64,000 bases of DNA, from NCBI GenBank assembly GCA_964252035.1, contig OZ176200.1; one strand, given 5' to 3'. Source of the stretch: Podarcis erhardii (lineage: Eukaryota). The notes beneath the pieces are model-generated. The model ran no database searches. It had not been told where the DNA came from and saw only the letters and a program-made list of their open reading frames with translations. Positions within the stretch are counted from its first letter, which is position 1. Every line of letters starts with the position of its first letter. Below, piece by piece: positions 11,814 to 23,332 of this stretch. A program made the position numbers and the translations under genes.

Positions 11814-13141
11814 CTAGAATTCTCGTCGAAATCAACATGCCTGGGCATTGGCTGTTCATTTAAGAGGGATGCGAACTTAACAAACAAGCTGATCTACCTT
11901 TCTTCTTTTTTCAGTTTCCCGAAACTTAGCATACTGATTGCGGGGAGGCGTGTTATATTTACTTCGTTCCTATCCAAAGTTGTAATTGGAAAGGACGGCG
12001 GTTTTAGCATCGTTTATGTAAGGTTTGCATTGGTTCAGATACTTTCAGCCAAATCTGGGTTGATCTACACAATAGTATAAAAGGCATGGATGCATGCCGA
12101 GCTATGCTATTAGAGCATATTCTTCCCTCACTAAGCCTACCGGCTTCCTCTGAAATTATATTAAACGGATCCAATATTTCTTATTTAGGTGTGAATAAAA
12201 AAGAAACACAAGCATTTCCATCCGAAACATGCAGTTCATTCCTGGGCTTTTGTTTCGTCTGTTTTGCTTTGAAAAACCAGCACGATGGTTTAATTCAAAA
12301 CATTATAGTAATAGTAAACACCACGCCACTTTGTTTGTTTGTTCCCCATATCACAAATCGCTTGGAATATTCACTTCATTTTTCTCGTTTTGCTTTCCTT
12401 TTGTTTATAATTTGCCCTGTCCCTCCTCCCACTCAACACCCCTCCCTCCAACCCCGCCTTGGCTCAAAGTATAACGCGTGAACAAAAGGAAACGTTTTTA
12501 ATCCATTTCATTTAAAAACGATAATAATGTTTTGCTCCTCGTCTCTAAAAGCTAGAAAACATTTGCCTATATACAGAAGATTTTTTTTAAAAAAACGGGG
12601 TCAGGGAGGGGGGGGAGAGAAAGATCTCTATTTTATGGGAGATAAAAACACTGAATAACATTGAAAGGAAGGGAGAGTACACACTTGCGTTCTCTCTCTC
12701 TCTCTCTCTCTTTTTGGTTTGTCTCTCTAACTTTTTCTTTTTCCTAAACAAGAAATAAATAAATACGCTAATACAGTACAAAAAAATAACAATAAAATAA
12801 CCCGTTTCACATCATATTTGTATTAAATATTTCTGAAAAGTTAGAAGAATGGAAACGCTTTCCCCTCCCCTTAAGAAACAAACAAAAAAAATTAACGGTA
12901 TCAGCGGAGATGAGCGGGGGACGAGGGGAAGAGTTCACAGGTTTTCAGAGACTTCGGTTTAGGATTTACCCAAATGCACAACCCGGAATGGCATTGGGGG
13001 CTGGGGAGGAAGAAATAACGAAATTAAGGGAATCAATTCCACCACCACCCCAAAAAACCTCTCTCCTTGGAGATCCCAGACGAAACAACACAATACGATT
13101 CCGTTTGTAATGGTGCAATAGCTGTGTGTCGGCAGAGGAGT

Positions 13142-13147
13142 TTTATT
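13142..13147 (-). terminator. Possible Hoxd4 polyadenylation signal
   Basis: AATAAA on the minus strand about 360 nt after the stop codon. Confidence 0.45.
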
Positions 13148-13505
13148 TTAAAAATACTTTTATCTGTCTTTCTTTCTTTCTCTTTCTGTATATATATATA
13201 TCTATATATCTATTTATAATTATCACTTTCTCACCACCTGGATGCAGAGTTTGTTTGAGTGTGAATGGTTGTGCTGTTTTGCATTATTCCTACGAAGTCC
13301 ATAATATCGTTGGGTTTGTCTTCAGTACCTTAAAGCAGGATGAGGACAATTTGGGAGTTGTTGGCTGCTACGTGCAGGTTTCTGCTTTTAGCCGGCATGT
13401 GCGTTTGTTTGGGTGCTTGTTTGTATATTTGTTTGTTTGTTTGTGTATCCTGGACAGTTCAGTTCCGAATCAACCGGGTCTGAAACGGACCATCTTCCAA
13501 GTTCC

Positions 13506-13816
13506 CTACAAAGTTGTCAAGTCTGTCTGATGCTCCTTGGAGACAGTCTGTGAGTGTTGGCTGGGGGCCGAGGAAGAGCTAGAGGACCGGCCCTTGGTGT
13601 TGGGCAGTTTGTGGTCTTTTTTCCACTTCATCCTCCTGTTCTGGAACCAGATCTTGATCTGGCGTTCGGAGAGACACAACGTGTGGGCGATTTCGATCCG
13701 CCGGCGCCGAGTCAGGTACCGGTTGAAGTGGAATTCCTTCTCCAGCTCCAGGACTTGCTGCCTCGTGTAGGCTGTCCTGGAGCGCTTCGGTTCTCCTCCG
13801 GTGTAATTAGGATTCA
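13506..13816 (-). CDS. HOXD4: Homeobox protein Hox-D4, coding exon 2 (homeodomain)
   Basis: Acceptor ctcag|TG at 13817/13816 restores [83 protein letters not shown], ending in the HOXD4-type C-terminus TDLTTL. Intron 13817-14365 (549 nt). Confidence 0.97.
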
Positions 13817-14010
13817 CTGAGCGGGGAGAGACAAACCACAGGCAGGGCTTAACAACCAACCCTCCAAAACAACAACAACAGCAAACCCACAGCCTAGTCT
13901 TGACTTTCTCATTAGGCGTTAAGGAAGAGAGAGAGAGAAAGGAGTCTCTGGTAACCATGTGGCCGTTATATACACCATTACATTTGCTAATAACAGATGG
14001 CCATGCTTTC

Positions 14011-14011
<1 letters not shown>

Positions 14012-14078
<67 letters not shown>

Positions 14079-14079
14079 A
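14012..14079. repeat. (CT)n(CA)n compound microsatellite in the Hoxd4 intron
   Basis: Direct reading. Confidence 0.95.
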
Positions 14080-14194
14080 CTAACCCCCCCTTCTTCCCTT
14101 ATAGAAACAGCGGACCTTTAAATATCTCTAGCATCTTTCTGAAATGGAATATTCTCATGCCCACAACCACATGACCAAGAGGCCTATTTCCCCG

Positions 14195-14225
14195 GCCATA
14201 AAAATTTATGGCGAGTGTAATTGGC
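14195..14225. promoter_or_regulatory. Hox4 intron HB1-type element (clustered homeodomain/Cdx sites)
   Basis: gccataaaaatttatggcgagtgtaattggc: two inverted TTTATGG sites plus a TAATTG in the 5' part of the Hoxd4 intron. Confidence 0.75.
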
Positions 14226-14365
14226 TACCTCGATTTCAACCCGCGTCGCGAAGCCTGGAAAGGACTTTGGCGGGGTGGGGTGAGGTGGGGTAATGAATCA
14301 AGAAGGGGGAGGCGGAGTGGGGTGGGGTGGGGTGGGCGAGGTGGGTAGCAGAAGGGGATGCTTAC

Positions 14366-14795
14366 CTGAGTTAACGTGGACTTTCTTCATCCAAGGGTAA
14401 ACCACCGCTGGCTGCTTCATTGCTCCTGCTGCTGTTGGTGGCGATGACCCGTTGGGGCTTTTGAGGCTGGGCTGCTGGTTGCAGGTCCTCGTGGCGGGCA
14501 TTGGAGGCGGGGGACAGTGCTCAGCCTGCCCGGGGAAGTGGCTCGCTGGGCCGGATTGCTCCTGCCCGTGACCCCGCGGCTGCACTGCCGAGCCCTGGGC
14601 ATTGCAACAACCGTAGGGCTGCTCGCTGTAGTTTGACCGTGGATAGATTCCCTGGTGCTGGAAGTCAGAGCCTTGCGAGGCACCGTAATAGTCTGAGCTT
14701 TGCTCAGCAAGGTAGCTGTTCTGCAGATATTCCTCGCAAGGGGGGAATTTGGGGTCCACATACTTAGAGTTCACCATATACGAACTCATGGCCAT
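14366..14795 (-). CDS. HOXD4: Homeobox protein Hox-D4, coding exon 1 (join 14795-14366 + 13816-13506, 246 aa)
   Basis: Starts [23 protein letters not shown] (paralog group 4 N-terminus) and contains the [11 protein letters not shown] hexapeptide region. Donor TCAG|GTAAG at 14366/14365, phase 1. Confidence 0.97.
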
Positions 14796-14896
14796 TAATT
14801 TCGGAAGGTAGAAAATACTAATTTTTCTCGTGTTGTCTTTTTTTCTCCTTCCAGAGAGCCCTCCTACTTGCTGTCAACTGAATAAAGTTAGGCGCC

Positions 14897-14917
14897 CATG
14901 TGACCTGCTCAGCCAAT
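14897..14917 (-). promoter_or_regulatory. Hoxd4 proximal CCAAT + E-box cassette
   Basis: Minus strand ATTGG-ctgagcag-GTCACATG about 100 bp upstream of the ATG. Confidence 0.65.
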
Positions 14918-15075
14918 CGGGAGGCAGAGAGGTTTATCACCGGATTTGTGTGTGCACCTCATAATTTCCACAAATTTCACTAAATAATATACGGGTAATC
15001 AAGTGGACCCACATGCTGTCTGATGATTCGCGTGGTTTCCCCCCCTCTCCCTCCCTCCAAAAGGAGATATGAATA

Positions 15076-15105
15076 CCATAAAACACGATTCATCAATAGA
15101 TGGCC
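15076..15105 (-). promoter_or_regulatory. Candidate Hoxd4 autoregulatory element (PBX-HOX TGATGAAT plus TTTATGG)
   Basis: Minus strand ccatctattGATGAATcgtgtTTTATGG about 300 bp upstream of the ATG. Confidence 0.5.
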
Positions 15106-16049
15106 GTCTCCCTGACACCCACGCCCCAACCCCATCTGCCCTCTTCCCCCCCTCCCCCAGGTAAATCAAAGCCTTTTGTCTCATCTGACTTTCTTAACCT
15201 TTGATGCCCTTTAGTTTACAGTTTCGGGGATCATATGAAAACATTAGTTGGTTACATTTCAGCAATCAAGAGCCAAAGCGTTAAGTTCAGGCAAGGGGAG
15301 CGAAGGAAGCGTCGAAAACCAGGGAAAGGACAGAAAATCAGAAGAAGACATCAAACAAGAGGGCAATATGATGTACAATGGATCTCCTCTGCCTTTGTTT
15401 GGCAGGGGTCAACCAAAAGTTACCAGCATCTAGTTGGGCATAACAAAATTAGGCAATAAGTAACTAGCTTCGAATTTACATTGCAAGTGTCGAAACAATC
15501 TGTTTTTGTAAACTCCATGCAGATAACAAACTATCCTGAGACCTCTAAAGTTCAACCTATTTTTTTTTTTAATAAAAATAATGGCTGTTTTTTTTTAAAA
15601 AAATGGCTTTTTTTAAAAAAAAAAAAGCTTTAATAAGATAATTCCAATATTCAAATTGTTCATAGCCTTATTTCAGAGTACAAGAAAACGAGGCGACTGT
15701 TTCTATTGGCGTCCAACGTTAACATAAAAATCTGGAGAAAATTGGGGCATGGGAACGAATACAGAAATCGGTATTATCAAAGTTACTTTAGCCACCCTTT
15801 ATTATTATCTGCAAGCACATATTAACTGGCCAATTAGCATTTTCACAAATTCTTTGCAGACTAATTATATTAATACGAACAGGTTTATGGTGAGATATAA
15901 ATAACTGTAATATTTTTTTTTTAATAAGCAACAAATATAGAACTATTTTTTTTAATGTCCTAGTATACCAGAGTGAGGCAATAGCATCCAGCATGCATGT
16001 GTCTTTGAGCATCTTCTATGTTTATAACTTATAACCATTTGCAGAAAGG

Positions 16050-16155
16050 TGAAGTTTTTGCATCGACCATATATTCCCCTAGAATCGAATCTGTGACTAT
16101 GTAAACACCACACAAATTCGGTTCTACAGGGTATATATAGACAACGTAATAACAT
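16050..16155 (-). ncRNA. MIR10B: microRNA mir-10b precursor hairpin
   Basis: Exact reverse complement of miR-10b-5p UACCCUGUAGAACCGAAUUUGUG at 16111-16133 and of the 3p arm ACAGAUUCGAUUCUAGGGGAAU at 16073-16094. Canonical position just 5' of Hoxd4. Confidence 0.98.
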
Positions 16156-17552
16156 TTTGCTTTCGTCTACAGAGGGTGGGTAACAAAGGCAGCGTCACTG
16201 TAGCGTCGTGATCCCTCTGACTCGCTCGCGAGGAATTCATACTACTCTCTGTTGGGGTAAAGGTCTGAAATTATGGATTTGAAAAATATAATGATTTCAT
16301 AGGAAAGCATACCAAAAAAGTGTCATTTTTGTGACTTTGGTCTTTTTCAAGATGTAACGAGTTCTCACGACGGGTTTTTCAGATAATCTACGTGACAATA
16401 GCTCTGGATTCTTCAGCATTTAAAGCACTTGCGCTTAAAAAACACACCATTCAAATAATAACTGTACAGTTTCAATAAAAAGAAAGGCTGTCAGCTAATT
16501 TATTTTTTGTCAATAGCATGATGTTGATCTAAACAATCCGCCTTTCAATCCCATAATAAAACTCTTGATGCAAAGGGACCTTTATATAGGCGAAAGCTAA
16601 CTATTCGTTTCTGAAAACAACTAAATGGAATTATTTCTATTTCTATTTTTGTATTTTTACCTTGATGCCACTACCCTCAAGCTGAATATTCTCCTAACTG
16701 CGGAGAGTATCTGAGCCTTATAAAAAGAGGGGGGGGGGAACCTCCACACCACTGTCCTTTGGTTTTCATGCAATAGTGTTGATGGTGAAGGGCAGGGCAA
16801 GAGGTCATCTTAAATCATTTACAAACATATCCCAGCGTTTCATTATTTCTACTTTGTCGACGGCAACACACAGGATTCCAAAAGTTCATGCATTGTGGCT
16901 GACCCGGTTCCTCTGTGTTGTCTTGCGGTCAGCTCCCTTCCATTCTCCCTCTGTTGGGTATTCTAAGCAAACCAACTTGGGATAAATCAGAGCGAGAGTG
17001 AATGGGAATATATGTACGTGTCTGCGTGTGTGTACATATATGTATATGTGTATGTGTGTGTACACACATATATGTATCTATAGACATGTATGCATATATA
17101 TCATTAAGCATCTGTGAGCAAATGGCTTTTTAAGCAACGACCTGCTCCTTTTCATGGAATTAGGGGTGGCTTTTTCTTTCCAGAAGGTGGTCTCCTTGGG
17201 ACAGAAATGGAAGAGCAAGTGGATTACTTTACGGATTTCTGAATCAGTACCTGCTCTCTGAGTTGGCTAAAGAGGCATTCTTATTTCTAATGAGAAGAAT
17301 GCGTGGGTACTCCCTACTCTTGCTCCCTTTGATGAGTAAGTATTTAAGCAAGAAATGCAAAACGGTCCAATTCTACAGAATATACGGTTTCAAATGTTAC
17401 TTCTAGGGGAAAGCGGAATTAAGGGGTGGCCTGGGACAGGACTAATCGGAGAAAGGGCTTTCTTTAATTTAAACAAAACAAAACATTTTTTTTAAAAGAA
17501 TCGTTCGAATATTTTGTGCAATAGCCCAGATTTTCATATTTGTTAGACGCTG

Positions 17553-17569
17553 TGACCTGCGTTTCACCT
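17553..17569 (-). promoter_or_regulatory. DR5 retinoic acid response element 5' of Hoxd4
   Basis: Minus strand reads AGGTGA-AACGC-AGGTCA, 2.76 kb upstream of the Hoxd4 ATG. Matches the known mammalian Hoxd4 5' RARE half-sites and position. Confidence 0.87.
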
Positions 17570-20254
17570 TATTGCGCGACTTGCTCAGACAGGTCAAAGC
17601 CAAAGGAGTTATTGATGAACAAAAGCGTTAAACATTCACCTCGTGCTCAACTGCCCGTACAAATTCTTTTGATCCACCAGGCCGTTTTTGTATTCTGGTT
17701 CATAATCAGTATGCTGCAGCTAAGTTTAAGTAATATTTTTTAAAAGAAGAAGAAGGAAGGAAGGATAGAAAATGAAAAGGTGGTGCTTATTTTCTTGTTA
17801 AGTTTTAAGGCTGGCCAAAGAAAACTGAGGCAAGGGCAAAAAGGGGGGGGGGTATTTCAGTAGGAAGGAAGAAAATGTGGGAAATCCCAGTCACCCTCTT
17901 AGTGGTTTAAAGCCATCCAAAAGCCATACACAGCACAATATTGTGATTTTAAAACAGGCAGATCGATGTATCAGGCTGGGATTTAAAATTAGCAAAGTAA
18001 ATGGCTCAGAGCTAAGGAAGGAAAGCATAAAGGAGACAGAAAGATGTTGTGCCGAAAATAATCGCTTTTAGAGGTTGAGTAACATATGGTTATACTGGTT
18101 TCCCTTTTTTTCTAAATAGGGAGGTAATGTATTGTATCCCAGGACAGCAGGCTAGAACTCATGCTCCACATATAATTATGCCACATATACTTGCAACCAT
18201 TGAACTAATCATAGCCTTTCTTCTTTTCCCCTTTATTGAAATCCAACCCTCCCTCTCGTATTATTTTTACCTCCTGTTTCCCCTACGTTCAGACAGCAGT
18301 CTGTATCTGCTTTCTTCCAGTATTTCATATAAATGTCAACCACTCTATCTCGGGAACACTTCACTGACGCCTAACAATAACGTCATTAACACAGCCTTGG
18401 TTGCGATCCTATGCGTATTGACTAGGAGTGCACCTTTCCATTGCAAGCAGCAGGCCTTTATGCCCAAAATAAAAGGGGAGGAGATACAACAGCATTTAGA
18501 GCATAACTCCTCGTTGGAGCATTAGTTCATCCTCAAAGGCTGCAGTACCGAGAGGGCAAGCGCAATCCGTATTTTGGATCTCCACCAAAAGAGGAGCCAA
18601 CCAGTAGAAGTGCTTGCCCTGGTACATGATAGATTCAACATTTGCACAGGGAAACGCGGCATGACTTTATCCTGTTAAAATGCTAATCCTGCTCGTTAGC
18701 TGGAAAGAGCTTAAGAGAGGCACAAGATGGGCACCTTCACCTGCAATTATCTCCCCAGAAACTGCACAATCAGCGTTTGCTGTGATCTGCAGCTACAGAC
18801 CGCAGGAGGATGGGAGAGGGAGACAGAGAGAGAGAGAGCAAGCTTGAAGCCCCACGAGCCGTCCAGTACAAAACAGCCTTGCAGAAACATCAGAAACACA
18901 CCATCTCTGTTTACAAACTCAAACGTTGACAAGGCGATGTTTGCACACACGAAAAGGAGAGGGAAAAAAGTGCACTTACTGTAGACGCCCTTCCATTGTC
19001 CCGAACCTGTTGCAATGGGGGGAAAGAGGAGAAAGAAAATAAACAAAACCATTTCGTATTGTTGTTTTTCCATGTATAGATAGTTGGGGGGGGGCGGAAT
19101 GCACGCATTGCGTCTCTATTTAGCTATGAGAATGTTAAGGACACAGGCAGGCATTGCATATAAAGGTGACAAATCAACACAATCCCCCCTCCCAATTGCT
19201 GATTTGCCTCTTTTGTTAAATTCTTTTTGTAATAAAAGCCAGCCAGATTAAATATTTCAGTCAGAGTTATCATGTAATTGTATACGATCATCCTTACTGC
19301 TAGTTTCAACTATGTTTCTATAAAATGTTTTATCTGATAAAGATATAAAGGATTCTTCCTCCAACTGGGTTAATCCCAGAGTGACAGAAACCTTACCAGC
19401 GTATCCCTGAAGCTCCCTGGCCAGTATTTAGTCAGTAACCCGCTTGCTTAAAAATCTATACCATTTCCCCAACATGAACTTGTAAATATCATCATTATTA
19501 CAGTAAATCTATTTTATTGTTTACTTAAACAGATTTCCCTTTTTCTGTCTGTGTCTTTCTTCTCTTATTGTAACAAATAAATTCTACATTATCACCCACG
19601 TGGAGAGAGAGAGAGACTGTTTAAACAATGTTTTCAAAAAGAAACAACCAAGGTTGAGCTATTTTGCAAAACATCCCCTTCACTTTTGCCTGCGCTATCC
19701 CTGAGAAGGGCTGTATATACACCCAGACCAGCTTAAAGCAGGGCGCAATCATTCCATCGATGTATCATCTTATCTCTCGTTCCGTTCCTCCCTTCACTCT
19801 CCTTCTAGAATAACAGCCAGAACGCAGTGCCCTTGAAATCTCTGCAAATTAAACACGTAATGAAGGATCTACCGGCTTAAACCGAGGTTGGTTTCTTTCA
19901 CAAAATTAAAATTAAAACCGTCGACGTGCGATTTACTGACAGCTCTCTTAAAACTTGGAGCAAATCCAATGGAAACGCTATTCCTATAATACTTCCGGGC
20001 TTCCCTGGATCTGATCTTTTCATTCATATATACAGTTCCAGGGAACACTCAGACACACGGTCACTGGAGAGAGGGACTCGGTCACATATGGAGCGCAAGA
20101 AGAGACTTACTGTGAGCTTTGCCAAAGGGAAGAGGAAGGTACCCCCGGGAGAAGCAGAGGTCCTGGGCGCTTGGTTTCAGCCAGAGGTCTCCTGCCTAAC
20201 ACTTTCCCTGTCACTGCTCCCAGGAACTAAAGCATCTGCACTTGTATGCTCTTA

Positions 20255-20395
20255 AACTAATTTATGGTGGGAATTATATTTTGGCTTGTCAACTCTCAAG
20301 CCATAAAACAAAGTTTATTGGAATCACGTGCTTCGAAAGAGCCACTCAGGACTTATCTCGACGGAACAATAAATAACCTCTAGCTTTAAACTTTT
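20255..20395 (-). promoter_or_regulatory. Distal promoter-like block (probable Hoxd4/mir-10b upstream promoter; Hox5-promoter-like)
   Basis: CACGTG at 20325-20330, TTTTATGG and CATAAATT motifs, and a downstream GTAAGT donor at 20110. Lies 5.5 kb upstream of the Hoxd4 ATG, similar to the mouse P2 promoter distance. Confidence 0.6.
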
Positions 20396-20985
20396 ATTCA
20401 CTTATATAAAGAGGGCCTGGAAGGAAGGGGGGTTAAAGAGAAGGGGGGAAAGGGGGTAACCCCGCCACACATCCTGCGTTCTATGAAATTTAAAGTAGTC
20501 CAAAATAGCGAGGGCCAGGCACTGGAGGCCTTGCGTGGCTGTAGCGTTTAGGCCAGGCTCTTTTTATTAAAAATAATAATAATGAGTTGTGCCAGGACAG
20601 GCCCCAGTGGCAGTTTAGATCTCCCCTTTAATGAGGAAAGGAACGTGTGAATTTCGCTGTGAGTACCGATTCAAAATTTATTTGAATGAATATGTATGTG
20701 GAGTGGTGGGAGGGAGGGAGAGAAGGAGGGAAGGAGGGACGAATTTAAGCAACACCAAAGGCCACCACGTTTGTGGGATCCTCCCAGCTAGCCCACGCCC
20801 AGCCTCGTCTCTATGGTCAGGCCCCAAGCACTCGGGTTACGCGACCATCCAGACGGCTGCGATGCACACACAACTTTGGAGCGAATGGTGCCGTTTTACA
20901 GGATAAATAGTTCTGTTGTCTAGGGTTTGTCAGAGGAAGAACGTGTTTATCTATGTCTGTTTGCTAAGCAGCTACGGAAAGTGCT

Positions 20986-21025
<40 letters not shown>
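20986..21025. repeat. (GT)n microsatellite
   Basis: Direct reading. Confidence 0.95.
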
Positions 21026-21027
<2 letters not shown>

Positions 21028-23204
21028 AATTGACCGATAGCAAAACCTCCATGTGCAGGAGCAGCGCAGCAGACGTTGGGTGGGCGCAAAAGAGAGAGGA
21101 AGGTCATCATTTTCAGCTCCTGCTTAGGAGCTTCCAAGAGGGATCTGGCTGGCCACCATGAGATCCAGAATGGATCTAGCAACACAGTTCAGCAACTCTT
21201 TATCAGGCGGCCTTTTCTGGGCCCCTTCACACTAACCAAACTGTTTCACAGCGCAAGGAGATACACGGGACTTGTAAAAGTGACAAAAGAGCTCAGCCTA
21301 TTCGTGTCGTCGTCCCCCTCCGCCGCCTCCCGAAAACTTTGATAGCTGAAGCTTTAAGGAGGGGAGTCATAAAGCAATAAAAAGTAGTCTGGTGTGAAGG
21401 AAAGGTAGGAGGGAGCAGAGAGAGAAGGGGGGAGAAGGAGCGGGAGAGTAAGTCAAATTGGATTTTAAAGAAACTAAAATTCTGAGACACCGGAAGTCAA
21501 ATGTCCCTGGGAATAACCTTTTGCATGCAAAGTTGTGTGTGAGAAAGAATCTGTGTAGATATATAGATATAAAACTAGGGGTGGCAGGGATAAATGCTTT
21601 TCCAGTTGTGTAGGTCAATGGAAAAAAAAATTTGGTAAACAATACTCCCAAATGAAACAAATAAGATAAAACGGCAAGGCAAGATAAAGGCAAGTACCTT
21701 CTGACATTTAAAATGAGCAGAGCAGAAATGTTTGAATGGAGAAGGCCCCGCCCGCCACTTGGCTCTCCTGCCATGTGAATTGATCTTATTATTACAGGGA
21801 AATGATTTATGAAAATGACTCCAAAGCATGGGTGTGCATGCGTCGCTGTAAGGCTGTAAGGTTCAGCCGAGGAGGAAGGTATCCGAAGTCATTTAGGTGA
21901 GCAGGACTTTTGTCATATCCTCCAGGGGAGGCCAGGATTCTTAGGAACAAATGCAACTGACGTTCACCTGCTGGAAAGGCTAGATTCTTTCTAAGGTTCC
22001 TCGGACCAGAATAACTTCCCTGCCTCTAGTTCAGGCAAAGTGTTTGGAAGTTTCCATACCATTTTAAACCAACGTTCTCTCACCCCCACCCCCTAGTATA
22101 TACATTACTTTAAAATAGTAAATCTCCCAATGGGGGTGGGTGGGAATTAAGAGGGATTTTCATGTGTGGTGGAAGGGTGTTATTTTACTGCAATGTGTGC
22201 AGAAACTCAAAACATAAATTAGGTCTCTCGGTTTAACAGGATTACCAACCACTTATGTTGAAAAAGTAGCCACACTCAAATCCTAATTTTACTTTACGTG
22301 ACACCTTCGGTAATATCGTGGAATACGGGTTCAGAATTTCGGTCTCTCGCAGTTTTCTAAGATGTTGTTCAAACGGTATAAATATTTTTTAGAAAAAAGT
22401 AAAAAATATCGTTCCAATCCAAGCGAAATTCTGCTCAGCTTTCCAGAGCAAATGAAGACTCAGATAAGCCAAACGGGACAAAATTATAGAAACTTTTTCC
22501 AAGGGACGGGGGACACAAAAAGAAAAAACACAAGCAAATATTTATGGGGCACGGATTCGGATCACTAAGCCGCCACGAGGCTGCCTTGCAAATCAGGCTC
22601 CCTGTTACACTCAAATCCCCAAAAATGGTAATCTGGAATACTTGAATTATAGACAGTTTAAACACGATCCATGTGGATCATGTGCATTAACGGACATTAT
22701 TGATTGATTAGACTTTAATTTTGATGGAAGTTGCCTTCAGAAAAGTGTGCTTAAAGGCTTGCGTCTGCCGTTTAGTTCAGCTGCTTTAGCTATCAAACTG
22801 AATTGAAGCTCCAGTGACTTGCATTAGTATCCTAAGTACCTCTCTTGGGGTAGAGTCCTACAACTGGACTTAAGCAGCTCAACTGCGAGAAGGACTAACA
22901 TTGTTCTCAGTGTGTCTGGTTTCAATGACACAAGTTTAGAATACACTTTCCATTCAAGTACTTCCTCTTACCTTGGTTATTGATTCTGTGTGCACTCCTG
23001 AAGATGAGGATTTGTTCTGAGAACATATTATTGACATTATCACTAAGGTTTCTACTATTGGACATTGATTCTAAATGATGGCCCCCTTTCCTGATCTTCA
23101 TTTGGATAGTGTGTCCCGACCACTTAACAAAGTAGTATTTTGTCCCTTCTGCAAAAAATCCTTCTAGCTGTGGTCCAGGTCCCATGACATCAAAGTTCCA
23201 AGCC

Positions 23205-23332
23205 AAGGTGCTCAAGGAGCTGCTCTCCATATATTTTGGGCTACCACTCCCATAAGTCCCAGCCAGCATGGCCAAGGGCCATAGATGATAGGAATTCTTA
23301 TTCATAACACATTGAGGACACCACATTGGCCA
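23205..23332. mobile_element. Decayed hAT-type MITE of the same general class
   Basis: ctaccactcccataagtcccagccagcatggccaa...gatgataggaatt...ttggccacccctg; only the right TIR is clear. Confidence 0.45.
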
